From Massilicoli timonensis (lineage in GTDB: Bacteria > Bacillota_I > Bacilli_A > Erysipelotrichales > Erysipelotrichaceae), in assembly GCF_900199515.1 (NCBI RefSeq), contig NZ_LT963433.1, positions 210,001-242,000 of the forward strand: DNA of 32,000 nucleotides. Direction: 5' to 3'. Under the pieces are notes generated by a model that saw only the letters and a program-made list of their open reading frames with translations, searched no databases and was not told the DNA's origin. Numbering within the stretch: position 1 is the stretch's first letter; the number at the start of each line of letters is the position of its first letter. This document shows positions 11,621 through 21,439 of the stretch, piece by piece. Made by a program: the position numbers and the translations under genes.

Positions 11621-13954
11621 TTATGCCAGTTTATGCTCGGCTTTTAACTGCTTGACCGCAAAGGCATTCTTGGTTTTCGGGTTTTTGATGTATTGTGATT
11701 CATCCAATATCACATAGCCGAAAGTAAGATCGCCATAATATGTAAAATCCCGTCTTAGATAATCATAGGACGTTACAAGCAGCCCTGTTTTGGCTGTTTC
11801 GATCAATGCCATTCGCTGCTGCTGATTTCCCGTTATACAGGTTACCGGCAGCTGTTTGGCAAAGCGATGCACTTCCTCTTCCCAGTTATAAAGCAAAGAA
11901 GAAGGACAAACGACGATGCTTGGCTTCTCTAATTGCAGTTCATCTAACAGCGCAATGACTTGCAGCGTCTTGCCAAGTCCCATATCATCGGCTAAGATGC
12001 CGTTAAAGCCATATTCATAAAGCGTACGCAGCCATTGATACCCTTCTTTTTGATAATCCCTCAGCAGCTTCTGATAATGCGGCGACAGAGAAAAATCAGA
12101 TGCCCTCTGCTCAAAGTGCGTCAGCCATTGCTCATAAGAGGCTTTGCGTTTTAATTGGATCGTATGCAGATCTTCTTCGTTCATCAAAGAAAACGCCCTA
12201 TTTTGTGCCAGATGGATCGTACCGTCCCGCATATCTTTCGGATGTAAATGATAACGGTCAAGCAGATTCGATAATTCCGCTAACTGAGTGGATTCCAAAT
12301 ACAGCAGATCACCGTTTCGCAGGCGATAAAATTTCTTTTTGCGGCGATATTGCTCTAATACCGCGGCAACCTCCATCTTCGGAATTTCACTGCTCTCCAC
12401 ATCTAACGCCAATAAATTATTTTCCATACGGACCCCGATATTCATATGGTAGGAAACCGGTTTGCCGATCCGTTTCAGCACATCGGAAATATAGATCTGG
12501 GCATATTCTTTTAAGAAGGTCAAACCCTCTTGTAAAAAAGTATAAGTCTGTTGGCGATTTTCGTCTAAATAAACCAGATGGTTCTTGCGATCTAAGGTAC
12601 CGGCCGCTAACAGGCACTGTTCCACAAGTTCCTGTGCATAGGTCGTGGGAAATTGTTTTTGAAAGGCGGGGATGTGCGCATGCGACTCATTCACATAGAT
12701 CACTTGAAAATAGATCTGTCCCTGTTCGTTCACATCACCGTATATCTTGATCGTGTCATAATCATTTTCCCTTTGCTCGGCCAAATCAGGAATGAGCAGA
12801 TGCTCTTTTAACGAAGTCAGCACATACTTATAAAAATCAGCAAAGTCTTCCTCCAAGATCACGATTCGATTATTTTCCTTCTTTAAGCGCGCTAACAGAT
12901 CGAAACACGCGCCCTGTTCATCAAATTCATATTTGATCAAAGTAAAATGACAGTTTTCTTCACACAGGCGATATACTTGCTTCATTCCTAAAAAATAGTC
13001 GTCCTCACCTAATTCCAAAACATAGTGATCGGCTTCCTTTCGCAGATGTAAAGAAATCGGCTGCTTTTGTTCACGGAAAGAAAGATTGTCAAACGCATAG
13101 TCATGATACGTTTCATAAAAATCGTCGATCGTATAAGCATCCAGATCAATATAACGCCCCAGAACATACGTTTTTTCATCATAGCGATAAAAGTAATCCT
13201 GCTCTCGCTTTTTTTCTTGACAGCGTTTATTGGCAATGTGCATGAATTGGATCTGTTGCTGCGCAAAAGCGTTAAATGCCTGTTTGCGATGAACAAAGGT
13301 CAAGGCGTTGCCATAGCGTACGGAACGCTCCTGTTCACAGTTTCTTAAAAAATCGCCGATATTTTTAATGACGTACTTTTTTTCATTGCCGATCTTGAAA
13401 TCTAAATAATACGCCATGATCTCTTTATGAAAATAAGGGGTGATCTCATAGCATTCATTTTCCAAAAAAGCATCGATCCGCTTTTGATAAAGCTGTTTGT
13501 GATGATAGATGAGACCATGGGAAACGGCGATCTGATGACGGCGCTGTGCCTGTAAGTGCATTTCCCTTGCCACATCCCGCAGATGACGGCTTTTTTCTCG
13601 TTGTTCCCGCTGTTCTTTCAAAGCCGGTTTGGCATAATGAAAAGGATAATGATCGATCGTTAATTGATTCAGTTTCCATAAAACCGCCCCGATATGCGCA
13701 CAAGGGCTTTTTGAGGTACAATAGCCGCATGCGCACCGATAGTTTTTCAGCTGATAGTGCGAATCATATTGAAACGTGCAGGAATAATCATTTCCCAGCA
13801 CATTGACACACGCTTCCACGAAAAATGTACTTTCATCACAGCGTTCGATACAGATCGTTTCTACATTGTCATAAGTGTCATATTTACATGCAATATCATA
13901 ATTCTGCACATCGCCGATCAGCTCTTCGATACAAAATTTATCAAATAACCGCAT
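11621..13954 (-). CDS. N-terminal fragment of the SNF2 helicase (777 aa: SWIM, SNF2-associated, Walker A/B half)
   Basis: The ORF as it stands in the window, ending at the TAA at 11621-11623. Confidence 0.7.
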   Translation of the reverse strand: [777 protein letters not shown]

Positions 13955-14045
13955 GTGCTCACCTCATTTCATCATTAGTCTTATTATACCGAAAACCGCC
14001 GCCAAACAAAAGAAATACTTTTCCAAGCAAAATAAAAGCATACAA

Positions 14046-14075
14046 GCAAAAAGCCGAGAACTTTCATTCCCGGCT
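14046..14075 (-). terminator. terminator candidate after the 1409-aa gene
   Basis: Stem AGCCG/CGGCT (14052-14056/14071-14075), followed on the minus strand by TTTTTG. Confidence 0.45.
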
Positions 14076-14086
14076 GTTTCATCGCT

Positions 14087-17000
14087 TTACCCTTTTGATG
14101 ACAGACGCTTTTTCGCAGTAGACAACATGAGCTTGATACGGTTCAGCTGATTGACCTCAGAAGCGCCCGGATCATAGTCCACAGCAGCGATGTTGGCCTG
14201 CGGATACGTTTTGCGCAGCAGCTTGATCGTGCCTTTGCCGACTACATGATTAGGCAGACAGGCAAAAGGCTGAATACATACGATATCGGTAACGCCTGAC
14301 GTGATCAGTTCAGCCATTTCCCCGGTCAAGAACCAGCCTTCGCCATACTGATTGCCCAAAGAGAGGAATGGCTTTGAAAGCATTGCCACATCGCGAATCG
14401 GCATCGGTGCTTCAAAGCGTTTGCTGTTTCTCAGCGCTTCGATTGCCGGCTTGCGGATCTGTTCGATTGCTTTGATGCCCAGATTGGCAAGCGCCGCACC
14501 ACGGCGTTTTGTTCCTAAATAACGATGCTTATAATTCGCATTGTATAAAGAGTAATTCATAAAATCCAAAAGATCCGGTACGACTGCCTCCGCGCCTTCT
14601 TTTTCCAAAAGGTCCACTAAGTGATTATTGGCAAGAGGCATATATTTTACTAAGATCTCACCGACGATGCCTACTCTTGGTTTTTTTAGATCCTCATAGA
14701 TCTCCAGTTTATCAAAATCAGCGACAATGCCTGCACAAAGCTTACGATACGTCCACTTGCTCTTTGGATCGCGAAAAGCCTCTGTAACGATCGCTTCCCA
14801 TTTCCGGTGCAGCGCGTTGGCAGAACCGCTGTTTTTTTCATAAGGGCGCACCCGATATAAGCAGCGCATCAGAAGATCACCGATGACAACGCCCTGTGCC
14901 GCTTTCAAGAGCAGCTGCGGCGGTAAATGAAAGCCCTCGTTTTTCTCCATGCCGTTGGCATTGAAGGAAATGACCGGTATGTGAGACAGTCCCACTTTTT
15001 CTAAAGCACGGCGAATAAAGGCGATATAGTTGCTGGCACGGCAGCACCCTCCGGTCTGCGACATGATGATCGCTAAGCGATCGGTATCATAGCGCCCTGA
15101 AAGCACCGCTTCCATGATCTGCCCGATCGTAGTGATCGATGGAAAGCAGGCGTCATTATTGACAAAGCGCAATCCGGTGTCGATGGCCGAACGATTGTCG
15201 TTGTCCAATACCTCGATGTTGAAGTGATAAGCCTGAAAGATCGGCTTTAAGATCGAAAAGTGGATCGGGCTCATCTGCGGTGCAAGAATCGTATAGCCTT
15301 CCTGAAACATCGCTTTGGTAAATTCTGCACGCTGATAAGAAACAGGTTCTGTTTTCGCTTGGATGCCCTGCTCTTTTCGCATCTCCATGGCTGCCAGCAG
15401 ACTGCGCAGACGGATCCGCGCGGCGCCTAGATTATTGACTTCATCGATCTTTAAGACCGTATATAATTTATTATGCTTTTCCAGTATTTCATTCACCTGA
15501 TCCGTCGTTACCGCATCTAAGCCGCACCCGAAAGAGTTTAACTGGATCAGCTCCAGATCATTGCGTTTTGCCACATATTCCGCAGCCTGATACAGACGGG
15601 AATGATATACCCATTGATCATTGACCCGCAGCGATAAGTCCTTGTAGGCTTCTATCGGCAGCGCATCCTCACTGAGCACTGCCAGGCCATAGCCGGCGAT
15701 CATCTGGGGGATCCCATGGTTGATCTCCGGATCGATGTGATAAGGGCGTCCCGCCAATACGATGCCCGGACGATCGTGTTCCTTCATCCATTCCAAAGCC
15801 TTTCGCCCGGCTTCCCGCACATCCGCCTTGGCTTTTGTCTGTTCTTCCCAGGCAAGATGCACCGCTGCTCTTACTTTACCGGCATCGATCTGCCATTCTT
15901 CCCAACAAAAGCGCACCAATCGATCTGCGGCGGTCTTTTCACTTGTAAAAGCGATGAACGGACGAAGATAGCGAATTGTTCCTTCGACGATGTCCTCTAC
16001 GTTGTTTTTCAAATTTTCCGCATAGGATACGACGATCGGACAGTTGTAGTGATTTTGGGCATTCGGTGTTTCCTGCCGCTCATAAAACACACATGGATGA
16101 AAGATCGTTTGGATTCCCTGATCGATGAGCCATTGCACATGTCCATGTGACAGCTTTGCCGGATAACATTCCGACTCTGATGGAATCGATGCCATCCCTC
16201 GTTCATAGATCGCACGGCTGGAAGTCGGCGATAACACGACTTGAAAGCCCAGCTCATAGAAGAAGGTCGCCCAGAAAGGATAATTTTCATATAGATTCAA
16301 TACCCGTGGGATGCCGATCACCCCTCTTGGCGCATCCTTCAGCGGAGGATAAGCAAACATCCGCTGCTGCTTATAGGCGATCACATTCGGCGCCTGCTTG
16401 TTTTCTGCATTTTCCCCTAACCCTTTTTCACAGCGGTTGCCACTGATATAGCGACGGTTGCCGTCAAAGCGGTTGATCGTAAGCATGCAGTGATTAAAAC
16501 AGCCCTGACAGCGCGTTGTAGACGTCGTATAAGTAAGTGATGCGATCTCATCAAAAGACAGCATCGTGCTTCTTCCGCCATGGTCATGCTTTTTTGCCAA
16601 AAGCGCTGCCCCAAACGCTCCCATGATGCCGGCAATATCCGGACAAATGGCTTCGATCCCCGCAATCTTTTCAAAGGCTCTTAAGACCGCCTGATTGTAA
16701 AAAGTACCGCCCTGTACGACCACATGTTTGCCTAATTCTTCCGCACTGGTCAGTTTTATGACCTTAAACAGCGCATTTTTGATAACCGAATAAGCAAGAC
16801 CTGCGGAAATATCAGAAACCGAAGCGCCTTCCTTCTGTGCCTGCTTGACATTGGAATTCATGAACACCGTACATCTTGTTCCCAGATCGATCGGATGCTT
16901 TGCGAACAGGGCTTCTTTTGCAAAATCATGCGCACTGTAGCCAAGGGAAACGGCAAAGTTTTCAATGAATGAGCCGCATCCCGAAGAACAGGCTTCATTT

Positions 17001-18316
17001 AATAAGATCGTATCGACTGAGCCGTTTTTCAGCTTGATGCACTTCATATCCTGACCGCCGATATCGAGAATACAGTCTACCTTCGGTTCAAAAAACGAAG
17101 CCGCCATAAAATGTGCGATCGTCTCCACTTCTCCCTCATCTAAACAAAACGCCGCCTTCAACAGTTCTTCGCCATAGCCGCTGGAACAGGCACGGGCAAT
17201 ATAAGCGTCCTTTGGCATCTGTTCTGCCAAAATACCGATTGCTTTTTGAGCGGTTTGGATCGGACTTCCCTGATTGCCCGCATAATAAGAAAAAAGCAAT
17301 TCTCCCTCTGTACCGATGAGCGCCACCTTGGTCGTCGTCGAACCGGCATCGATCCCCAAATAACACGCACCGTGATAATCGCAAAGCGGACTTTTTCTTA
17401 CCACTGCCTGTGCATGGCGATCCTTAAAGTTTTGATAGTCTTCCTTATCCTGAAATAACGGCGCCAGTCGGTTTAATTCAAAATGCAGCGCAACCCCGTC
17501 ATGTAATTTTCGAAGCAGTACGTCAATTTCGATTCCTTTTTCTTCCTTCGCCTCCAGCGCCGCCCCGCTTGCCGCAAATAAGTGCGCATGCTTCGGATCG
17601 ACGATCGTTTCTTCTGTCAAATGCAAAGTGCGGATAAACGCTTTTTTCAGTTCGGTTAAAAAATGCAGCGGACCGCCTAAAAAAGCAACACAGCCCTTGA
17701 TCGCCTTGCCGCATGCCAATCCGGAAATGGTCTGATTGACGACCGCCTGAAAGATCGAAGCCGCCAGATCTGCTTTTGTTGCACCTTCGTTGATCAATGG
17801 CTGAATATCGGATTTCGCAAATACGCCGCATCTTGCCGCGATCGGATAGATCTGCTGATAATGCTTTGCCGCTTCATTTAATCCCTGCGCATCGCATTCT
17901 AACAAAGCTGCCATCTGATCGATAAACGATCCGGTGCCGCCTGCGCAAACGCCGTTCATACGCTCCTCCAGGCCACCGGTAAAATAAATGATCTTCGCGT
18001 CCTCTCCACCCAGCTCGATCGCCACATCCGTCTGCGGCGCATAAAATTGCAAAGCACTCGCCACTGCTACCACTTCCTGGATAAAGGCAATCCCTAATGC
18101 CTTCCCCAGATTGATCGAACCCGATCCGGTAATCTTCACCTGTAAAATACAATCTCCTAACTGCGCTTTGACTTCCTGTAACAGCGCAGTCAATGTTTCT
18201 TGTGTATGTGCATGGTGACGGCGGTATTCCCCGTAAATCATCTTGCTTTCCTGATCTAATACCACCAGTTTCACAGTCGTACTGCCAATATCGATGCCGA
18301 CACGGTAGGTATTCAT
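14087..18316 (-). CDS. fusion protein: two BadF/BadG/BcrA/BcrD (HgdC-type) activase ATPase domains plus 2-hydroxyacyl-CoA-dehydratase/DUF2229-like domains
   Basis: Start refined to ATG 18316 (MNTYRVGIDIGSTTVK) after an AAAGGTG RBS. The second ASKHA module is CYLGIDAGSTTTKV. The cluster-ligand contexts are CAGGTGSF/ARCGVFAKSD and ACSSGCGSF/GTRCTVFMNS. A Cys motif CQGCFNHC...C precedes a ~800-aa C-terminal region. Confidence 0.8.
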   Translation of the reverse strand: MNTYRVGIDIGSTTVKLVVLDQESKMIYGEYRRHHAHTQETLTALLQEVKAQLGDCILQVKITGSGSINLGKALGIAFIQEVVAVASALQFYAPQTDVAIELGGEDAKIIYFTGGLEERMNGVCAGGTGSFIDQMAALLECDAQGLNEAAKHYQQIYPIAARCGVFAKSDIQPLINEGATKADLAASIFQAVVNQTISGLACGKAIKGCVAFLGGPLHFLTELKKAFIRTLHLTEETIVDPKHAHLFAASGAALEAKEEKGIEIDVLLRKLHDGVALHFELNRLAPLFQDKEDYQNFKDRHAQAVVRKSPLCDYHGACYLGIDAGSTTTKVALIGTEGELLFSYYAGNQGSPIQTAQKAIGILAEQMPKDAYIARACSSGYGEELLKAAFCLDEGEVETIAHFMAASFFEPKVDCILDIGGQDMKCIKLKNGSVDTILLNEACSSGCGSFIENFAVSLGYSAHDFAKEALFAKHPIDLGTRCTVFMNSNVKQAQKEGASVSDISAGLAYSVIKNALFKVIKLTSAEELGKHVVVQGGTFYNQAVLRAFEKIAGIEAICPDIAGIMGAFGAALLAKKHDHGGRSTMLSFDEIASLTYTTSTTRCQGCFNHCMLTINRFDGNRRYISGNRCEKGLGENAENKQAPNVIAYKQQRMFAYPPLKDAPRGVIGIPRVLNLYENYPFWATFFYELGFQVVLSPTSSRAIYERGMASIPSESECYPAKLSHGHVQWLIDQGIQTIFHPCVFYERQETPNAQNHYNCPIVVSYAENLKNNVEDIVEGTIRYLRPFIAFTSEKTAADRLVRFCWEEWQIDAGKVRAAVHLAWEEQTKAKADVREAGRKALEWMKEHDRPGIVLAGRPYHIDPEINHGIPQMIAGYGLAVLSEDALPIEAYKDLSLRVNDQWVYHSRLYQAAEYVAKRNDLELIQLNSFGCGLDAVTTDQVNEILEKHNKLYTVLKIDEVNNLGAARIRLRSLLAAMEMRKEQGIQAKTEPVSYQRAEFTKAMFQEGYTILAPQMSPIHFSILKPIFQAYHFNIEVLDNDNRSAIDTGLRFVNNDACFPSITTIGQIMEAVLSGRYDTDRLAIIMSQTGGCCRASNYIAFIRRALEKVGLSHIPVISFNANGMEKNEGFHLPPQLLLKAAQGVVIGDLLMRCLYRVRPYEKNSGSANALHRKWEAIVTEAFRDPKSKWTYRKLCAGIVADFDKLEIYEDLKKPRVGIVGEILVKYMPLANNHLVDLLEKEGAEAVVPDLLDFMNYSLYNANYKHRYLGTKRRGAALANLGIKAIEQIRKPAIEALRNSKRFEAPMPIRDVAMLSKPFLSLGNQYGEGWFLTGEMAELITSGVTDIVCIQPFACLPNHVVGKGTIKLLRKTYPQANIAAVDYDPGASEVNQLNRIKLMLSTAKKRLSSKG

Positions 18317-18613
18317 CGCAATCACCTTTCTTTCTTGTAATAAAACCGCATAATATTATATTATCAATACATTCTCAAGTAAATCTCAATTTGTAAGCTT
18401 TTTTTGACCTTTTTTCTTTCTCAGATCGTTTTGCTTCTTTTATGTATCATGAAGCCGCAGCGTCTTTATGCGATTGCTTTTTTCCATGAAAATAAGCGCT
18501 GCCTTCTGTCATAAAATGATCATTTCTTTCTTTTTATCGTAAAGTTTAGGCTTTGTGCAAGGTGATTTGCATAAGAAGTGTTATAATAACAGGGATAAAA
18601 TGGAGGTGCTGCT

Positions 18614-19288
18614 ATGTTTCAGGTGCTGGTAGTAGAAGATGATCGTGAACTGCGTGATCTGTTTTGCACGGTCTTAGAGGAAAACGGCTATCATGCCATC
18701 GCGGCGAATGATGGATTACAGGCGTTTGATCTGCTGGAAAGTCATTACATCGATCTGATCATTTCCGATGTCATGATGCCGAAACTGAATGGCTTTGAAA
18801 TGACCCAGGCGATTCGAAACGCCGGCTATACGATGCCGATCCTGATCATTTCCGCAAAAGGTCAGGCAGCCGATAAACAAAAGGGGTTTCAGTCCGGGAT
18901 CGATGATTATATGGTAAAGCCGATCGATGTCAATGAAATGATATGGCGGGTGGAAGCGCTGCTGCGGCGTTCCCAGATCATCAGTCAGCGTAAGGTAAGG
19001 ATCGGCAGCAGTGAATTAAACAGCGACACTTATACGCTGCGCTGTGGAGAGCAGGAAGTCGTTTTACCGCAAAAGGAGTTTTTACTGCTGTTTAAGCTGT
19101 TGTCAGCACCTGATCGCATTTTTACCCGTACCCAGATCATGGATGAGATCTGGGGCGTAGATCAGGAGCGCGATTCCCATACGCTGGATGTCCACATCAG
19201 CCGGCTGCGAGAAAAATGCAAAGATAATCCCGACTTTGATATTGTAACGATGCGCGGTTTAGGCTATAAGGCGGTGGCACGAAAATGA
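18614..19288 (+). CDS. OmpR-family response regulator
   Basis: 224 aa with a GGAGG RBS. The receiver domain reads VLVVEDD...DLIISDVMMPKLNG...K, and the winged-helix output reads LDVHISRLREK...RGLGYK. Confidence 0.9.
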   Translation: MFQVLVVEDDRELRDLFCTVLEENGYHAIAANDGLQAFDLLESHYIDLIISDVMMPKLNGFEMTQAIRNAGYTMPILIISAKGQAADKQKGFQSGIDDYMVKPIDVNEMIWRVEALLRRSQIISQRKVRIGSSELNSDTYTLRCGEQEVVLPQKEFLLLFKLLSAPDRIFTRTQIMDEIWGVDQERDSHTLDVHISRLREKCKDNPDFDIVTMRGLGYKAVARK

Positions 19289-20316
19289 TACGCAATCGTT
19301 CATTTCGCATCGCCGTGCTCTTTTCCGCTCTGGTGTTTTTGATTCTTCTGCTGACGATGGGGCTAACCGGTCTGATCACGGTACTGGTATCGGAAAGTAA
19401 TTTCATCGACGCTCCGCCGAAAGAATTAACACTGCTCTTATTTGCCGTTATCAGCATTATCGTCGGCACGATCTTATCGCATACCGTAGGCAAGCGTCCT
19501 TTGAATGTGATCCGGGAAATCGACGATGCGACCAAAGAAGTCGTTAAAGGCAATTTTACGGTAAGGCTCAATGAGGACATCGTAGCAGAAGAACTGCATT
19601 CTATGGCGCACAACTTCAATACGATGGTGCGGGAATTATCTAATACGGAAATCTTGCGCAAGGATTTCATCGAAAATGTTTCACATGAATTTCAAACACC
19701 GCTCTCCGCGATCGAAGGCTATGCCGCTTTGCTTCAAAATCAATCTTTGACTACGCAGAAAAGGCAGGAATATGCGGAACGCATCCTTGTTAATGCCCGC
19801 CGTCTATCTGATCTAAGCGGCAATATCCTATTGCTTTCCCGTCTTGAACATCAGGAACTGGAAATCCAGAAAGAAACTTATGCGCTGGATGAACAGATCA
19901 GAGAAGCGATCTTATTGTTTGAAACGAAGTGGACACAGAAAGAACTGTGTCTAGAGGTTGATCTTTCCGCGATCCGTTATAAGGGAAACAAAGAACTGTT
20001 GATGCAGGTATGGCAAAATCTCATCGGCAACGCCGTTAAATTCGTCTCCCAAAAGGGAGAAATCCGCATCACGCTGCGTATCGAGAAAAATGATGTGATC
20101 GTAACCGTTGCCGATAATGGGATCGGCATGAGCGAAGCGGTGCAAAAGCGCATCTATGAAAAGTTTTATCAAGCCGATACGTCCAGGACCGGAATCGGCA
20201 ATGGACTTGGTCTGGCGCTTGCCAAACGAATCGTCGATCTGCATGACGGTACCTTGACAGTAGCCAGTGCAGAGGGAAAAGGAACGATGTTTACAGTTAC
20301 GCTGCCGCTTGTATAA
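19285..20316 (+). CDS. sensor histidine kinase (2 TM, HAMP, HisKA, HATPase_c)
   Basis: 343 aa, with a 4-nt ATGA overlap with the response regulator gene. The H-box is SHEFQTPLSAIEGY, and the N/G boxes are NLIGNAVKF, DNGIGM and GLGLALAKRIV. Confidence 0.9.
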   Translation: MIRNRSFRIAVLFSALVFLILLLTMGLTGLITVLVSESNFIDAPPKELTLLLFAVISIIVGTILSHTVGKRPLNVIREIDDATKEVVKGNFTVRLNEDIVAEELHSMAHNFNTMVRELSNTEILRKDFIENVSHEFQTPLSAIEGYAALLQNQSLTTQKRQEYAERILVNARRLSDLSGNILLLSRLEHQELEIQKETYALDEQIREAILLFETKWTQKELCLEVDLSAIRYKGNKELLMQVWQNLIGNAVKFVSQKGEIRITLRIEKNDVIVTVADNGIGMSEAVQKRIYEKFYQADTSRTGIGNGLGLALAKRIVDLHDGTLTVASAEGKGTMFTVTLPLV

Positions 20317-20333
20317 TTCATACAGCTGATAAA

Positions 20334-20363
20334 AACAGGGTGCTTCGATATACCCTGTTTTTC
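20334..20363 (+). terminator. rho-independent terminator of the two-component operon
   Basis: Stem AACAGGGT/ACCCTGTT with a 10-nt loop, followed by TTTTT. Confidence 0.7.
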
Positions 20364-20450
20364 CTTGCTTTCTTTTGCTTGCACCTGTTTGTCTGATTCC
20401 TTCTTTGTCTTTGCTATTTCATTTTCCTTAAAAGCGAATCTGCGCATAAA

Positions 20451-20486
20451 CAAAGAAACGACCGTACATCATCGATCGTTTCTTTG
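20451..20486. terminator. hairpin terminator downstream of the SDR gene (minus strand)
   Basis: An 11-bp perfect stem CAAAGAAACGA/TCGTTTCTTTG with a 14-nt loop. It lies 27 nt after the stop at 20513. Confidence 0.55.
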
Positions 20487-20512
20487 TTTCTGCAACGCAA
20501 TCGCTCTTTTGC

Positions 20513-21280
20513 TTACAGCGTGCTGCCGAAATCACAGGCAATGCTTTGTCCGGTAATCGCTCTGGATTCATCGCTTGCCAAAAACAATAAAATATTAGCT
20601 ACATCATCGGGCAGACACGGCTGGATCTTCAAATCACCGTGCTTTGCCATCTGTCCCAGCATATCCGGATCTAAATTTTCCGGACGGGAATCGGCAACCA
20701 TTGGCGTCACGATCGTACCCGGGCAAATCGCATTGCAGCGAATGTTGGTACCGGCAAAACGCAGCGCGGTATGTCTGGTAATGCCGATGACCGCAGCCTT
20801 GCTGGAAACATAGGCAGCGCCGCCGCATCCCATTAAACCGGCAATCGAAGCAACATTTACGATCGATCCGACACCGCTCTTTGCCATCTCTTTGCTTACT
20901 TCACGTATGCAATAGATCGTACCTTTCTGATTGGTATTGATGATCTTTTCCAGATCCTCGTCCGTGCATCGATCGATCGGTTTCAAACCGGCTTCTAAAA
21001 CACCGGCATTATTTACCAAAATATCGATCTTGCCAAATACTTCCAGTGTCTTTTCCACCAAATGCTTCACATCTTCCGGCTTTGCGATATCTGATACGAT
21101 CGGCAATACCGTACCGCCGTTTGCTTGAATCGTATCGGCCACCTCTTTTAACGGCCCTTCCCGACGTGCCGTAATCACGACCTTTGCGCCTTCTTTGGCG
21201 AATCGTATCGCCGTCGCGGCACCGACGCCGGAATTGCCTCCGGTAATGATCGCAACTTTATTCTCTAAGCGTTTCATCAT
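20513..21280 (-). CDS. short-chain dehydrogenase/reductase (SDR) family oxidoreductase
   Basis: 255 aa with an AAGGAGGG RBS. It has TGGNSGVGAA (TGxxxGxG), NNAG and YVSSKAA (YxxxK). Confidence 0.9.
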   Translation of the reverse strand: MMKRLENKVAIITGGNSGVGAATAIRFAKEGAKVVITARREGPLKEVADTIQANGGTVLPIVSDIAKPEDVKHLVEKTLEVFGKIDILVNNAGVLEAGLKPIDRCTDEDLEKIINTNQKGTIYCIREVSKEMAKSGVGSIVNVASIAGLMGCGGAAYVSSKAAVIGITRHTALRFAGTNIRCNAICPGTIVTPMVADSRPENLDPDMLGQMAKHGDLKIQPCLPDDVANILLFLASDESRAITGQSIACDFGSTL

Positions 21281-21370
21281 GATCCCTCCTTGCTTGATTG
21301 TATTTAGAAACCGCTTTTTTCATTCTTATTCTATCACACTTTTCTCTTCCCTTTAACCATGTTGCCCAAA

Positions 21371-21400
21371 GGCAAAGCCAAGGAACACAAGCTTTTTGCC
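21371..21400. other. conserved hairpin motif, copy 2 (12-nt loop CAAGGAACACAA)
   Basis: The same 16-mer as 7187-7202, with a different but still complementary stem (GGCAAAGC / GCTTT-tt-GCC). Confidence 0.4.
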
Positions 21401-21439
21401 CTTTCTCTTTCTAAATGATTCGTTTCACTCTTGATCAGA

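Larger units (their letters stand above)
10685..13954 (-). pseudogene. SWIM zinc-finger + SNF2-associated domain + SNF2/Helicase_C ATPase (YwqA/RapA-like), interrupted by one in-frame TAA
   Basis: The frame is continuous across the stop at 11621-11623: ...[38 protein letters not shown].... The stop falls inside the conserved (A)L(S/T)GTPIEN helicase motif. Upstream motifs are the SWIM [19 protein letters not shown] and DESQYIKN. Downstream motifs are LISLKAGGTGLNLT and DPWWN...QASDRAYRIGQ. Confidence 0.8.

Noticed and set aside
12100-12750. 216-aa plus-strand ORF inside the SNF2 gene, and similar antisense ORFs within the 1409-aa gene (for example 15716-16150, 16147-16446) and the HK gene (19197-19670)
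   Set aside because: They lie fully inside strongly supported genes on the opposite strand, and I see no RBS or recognisable motifs.
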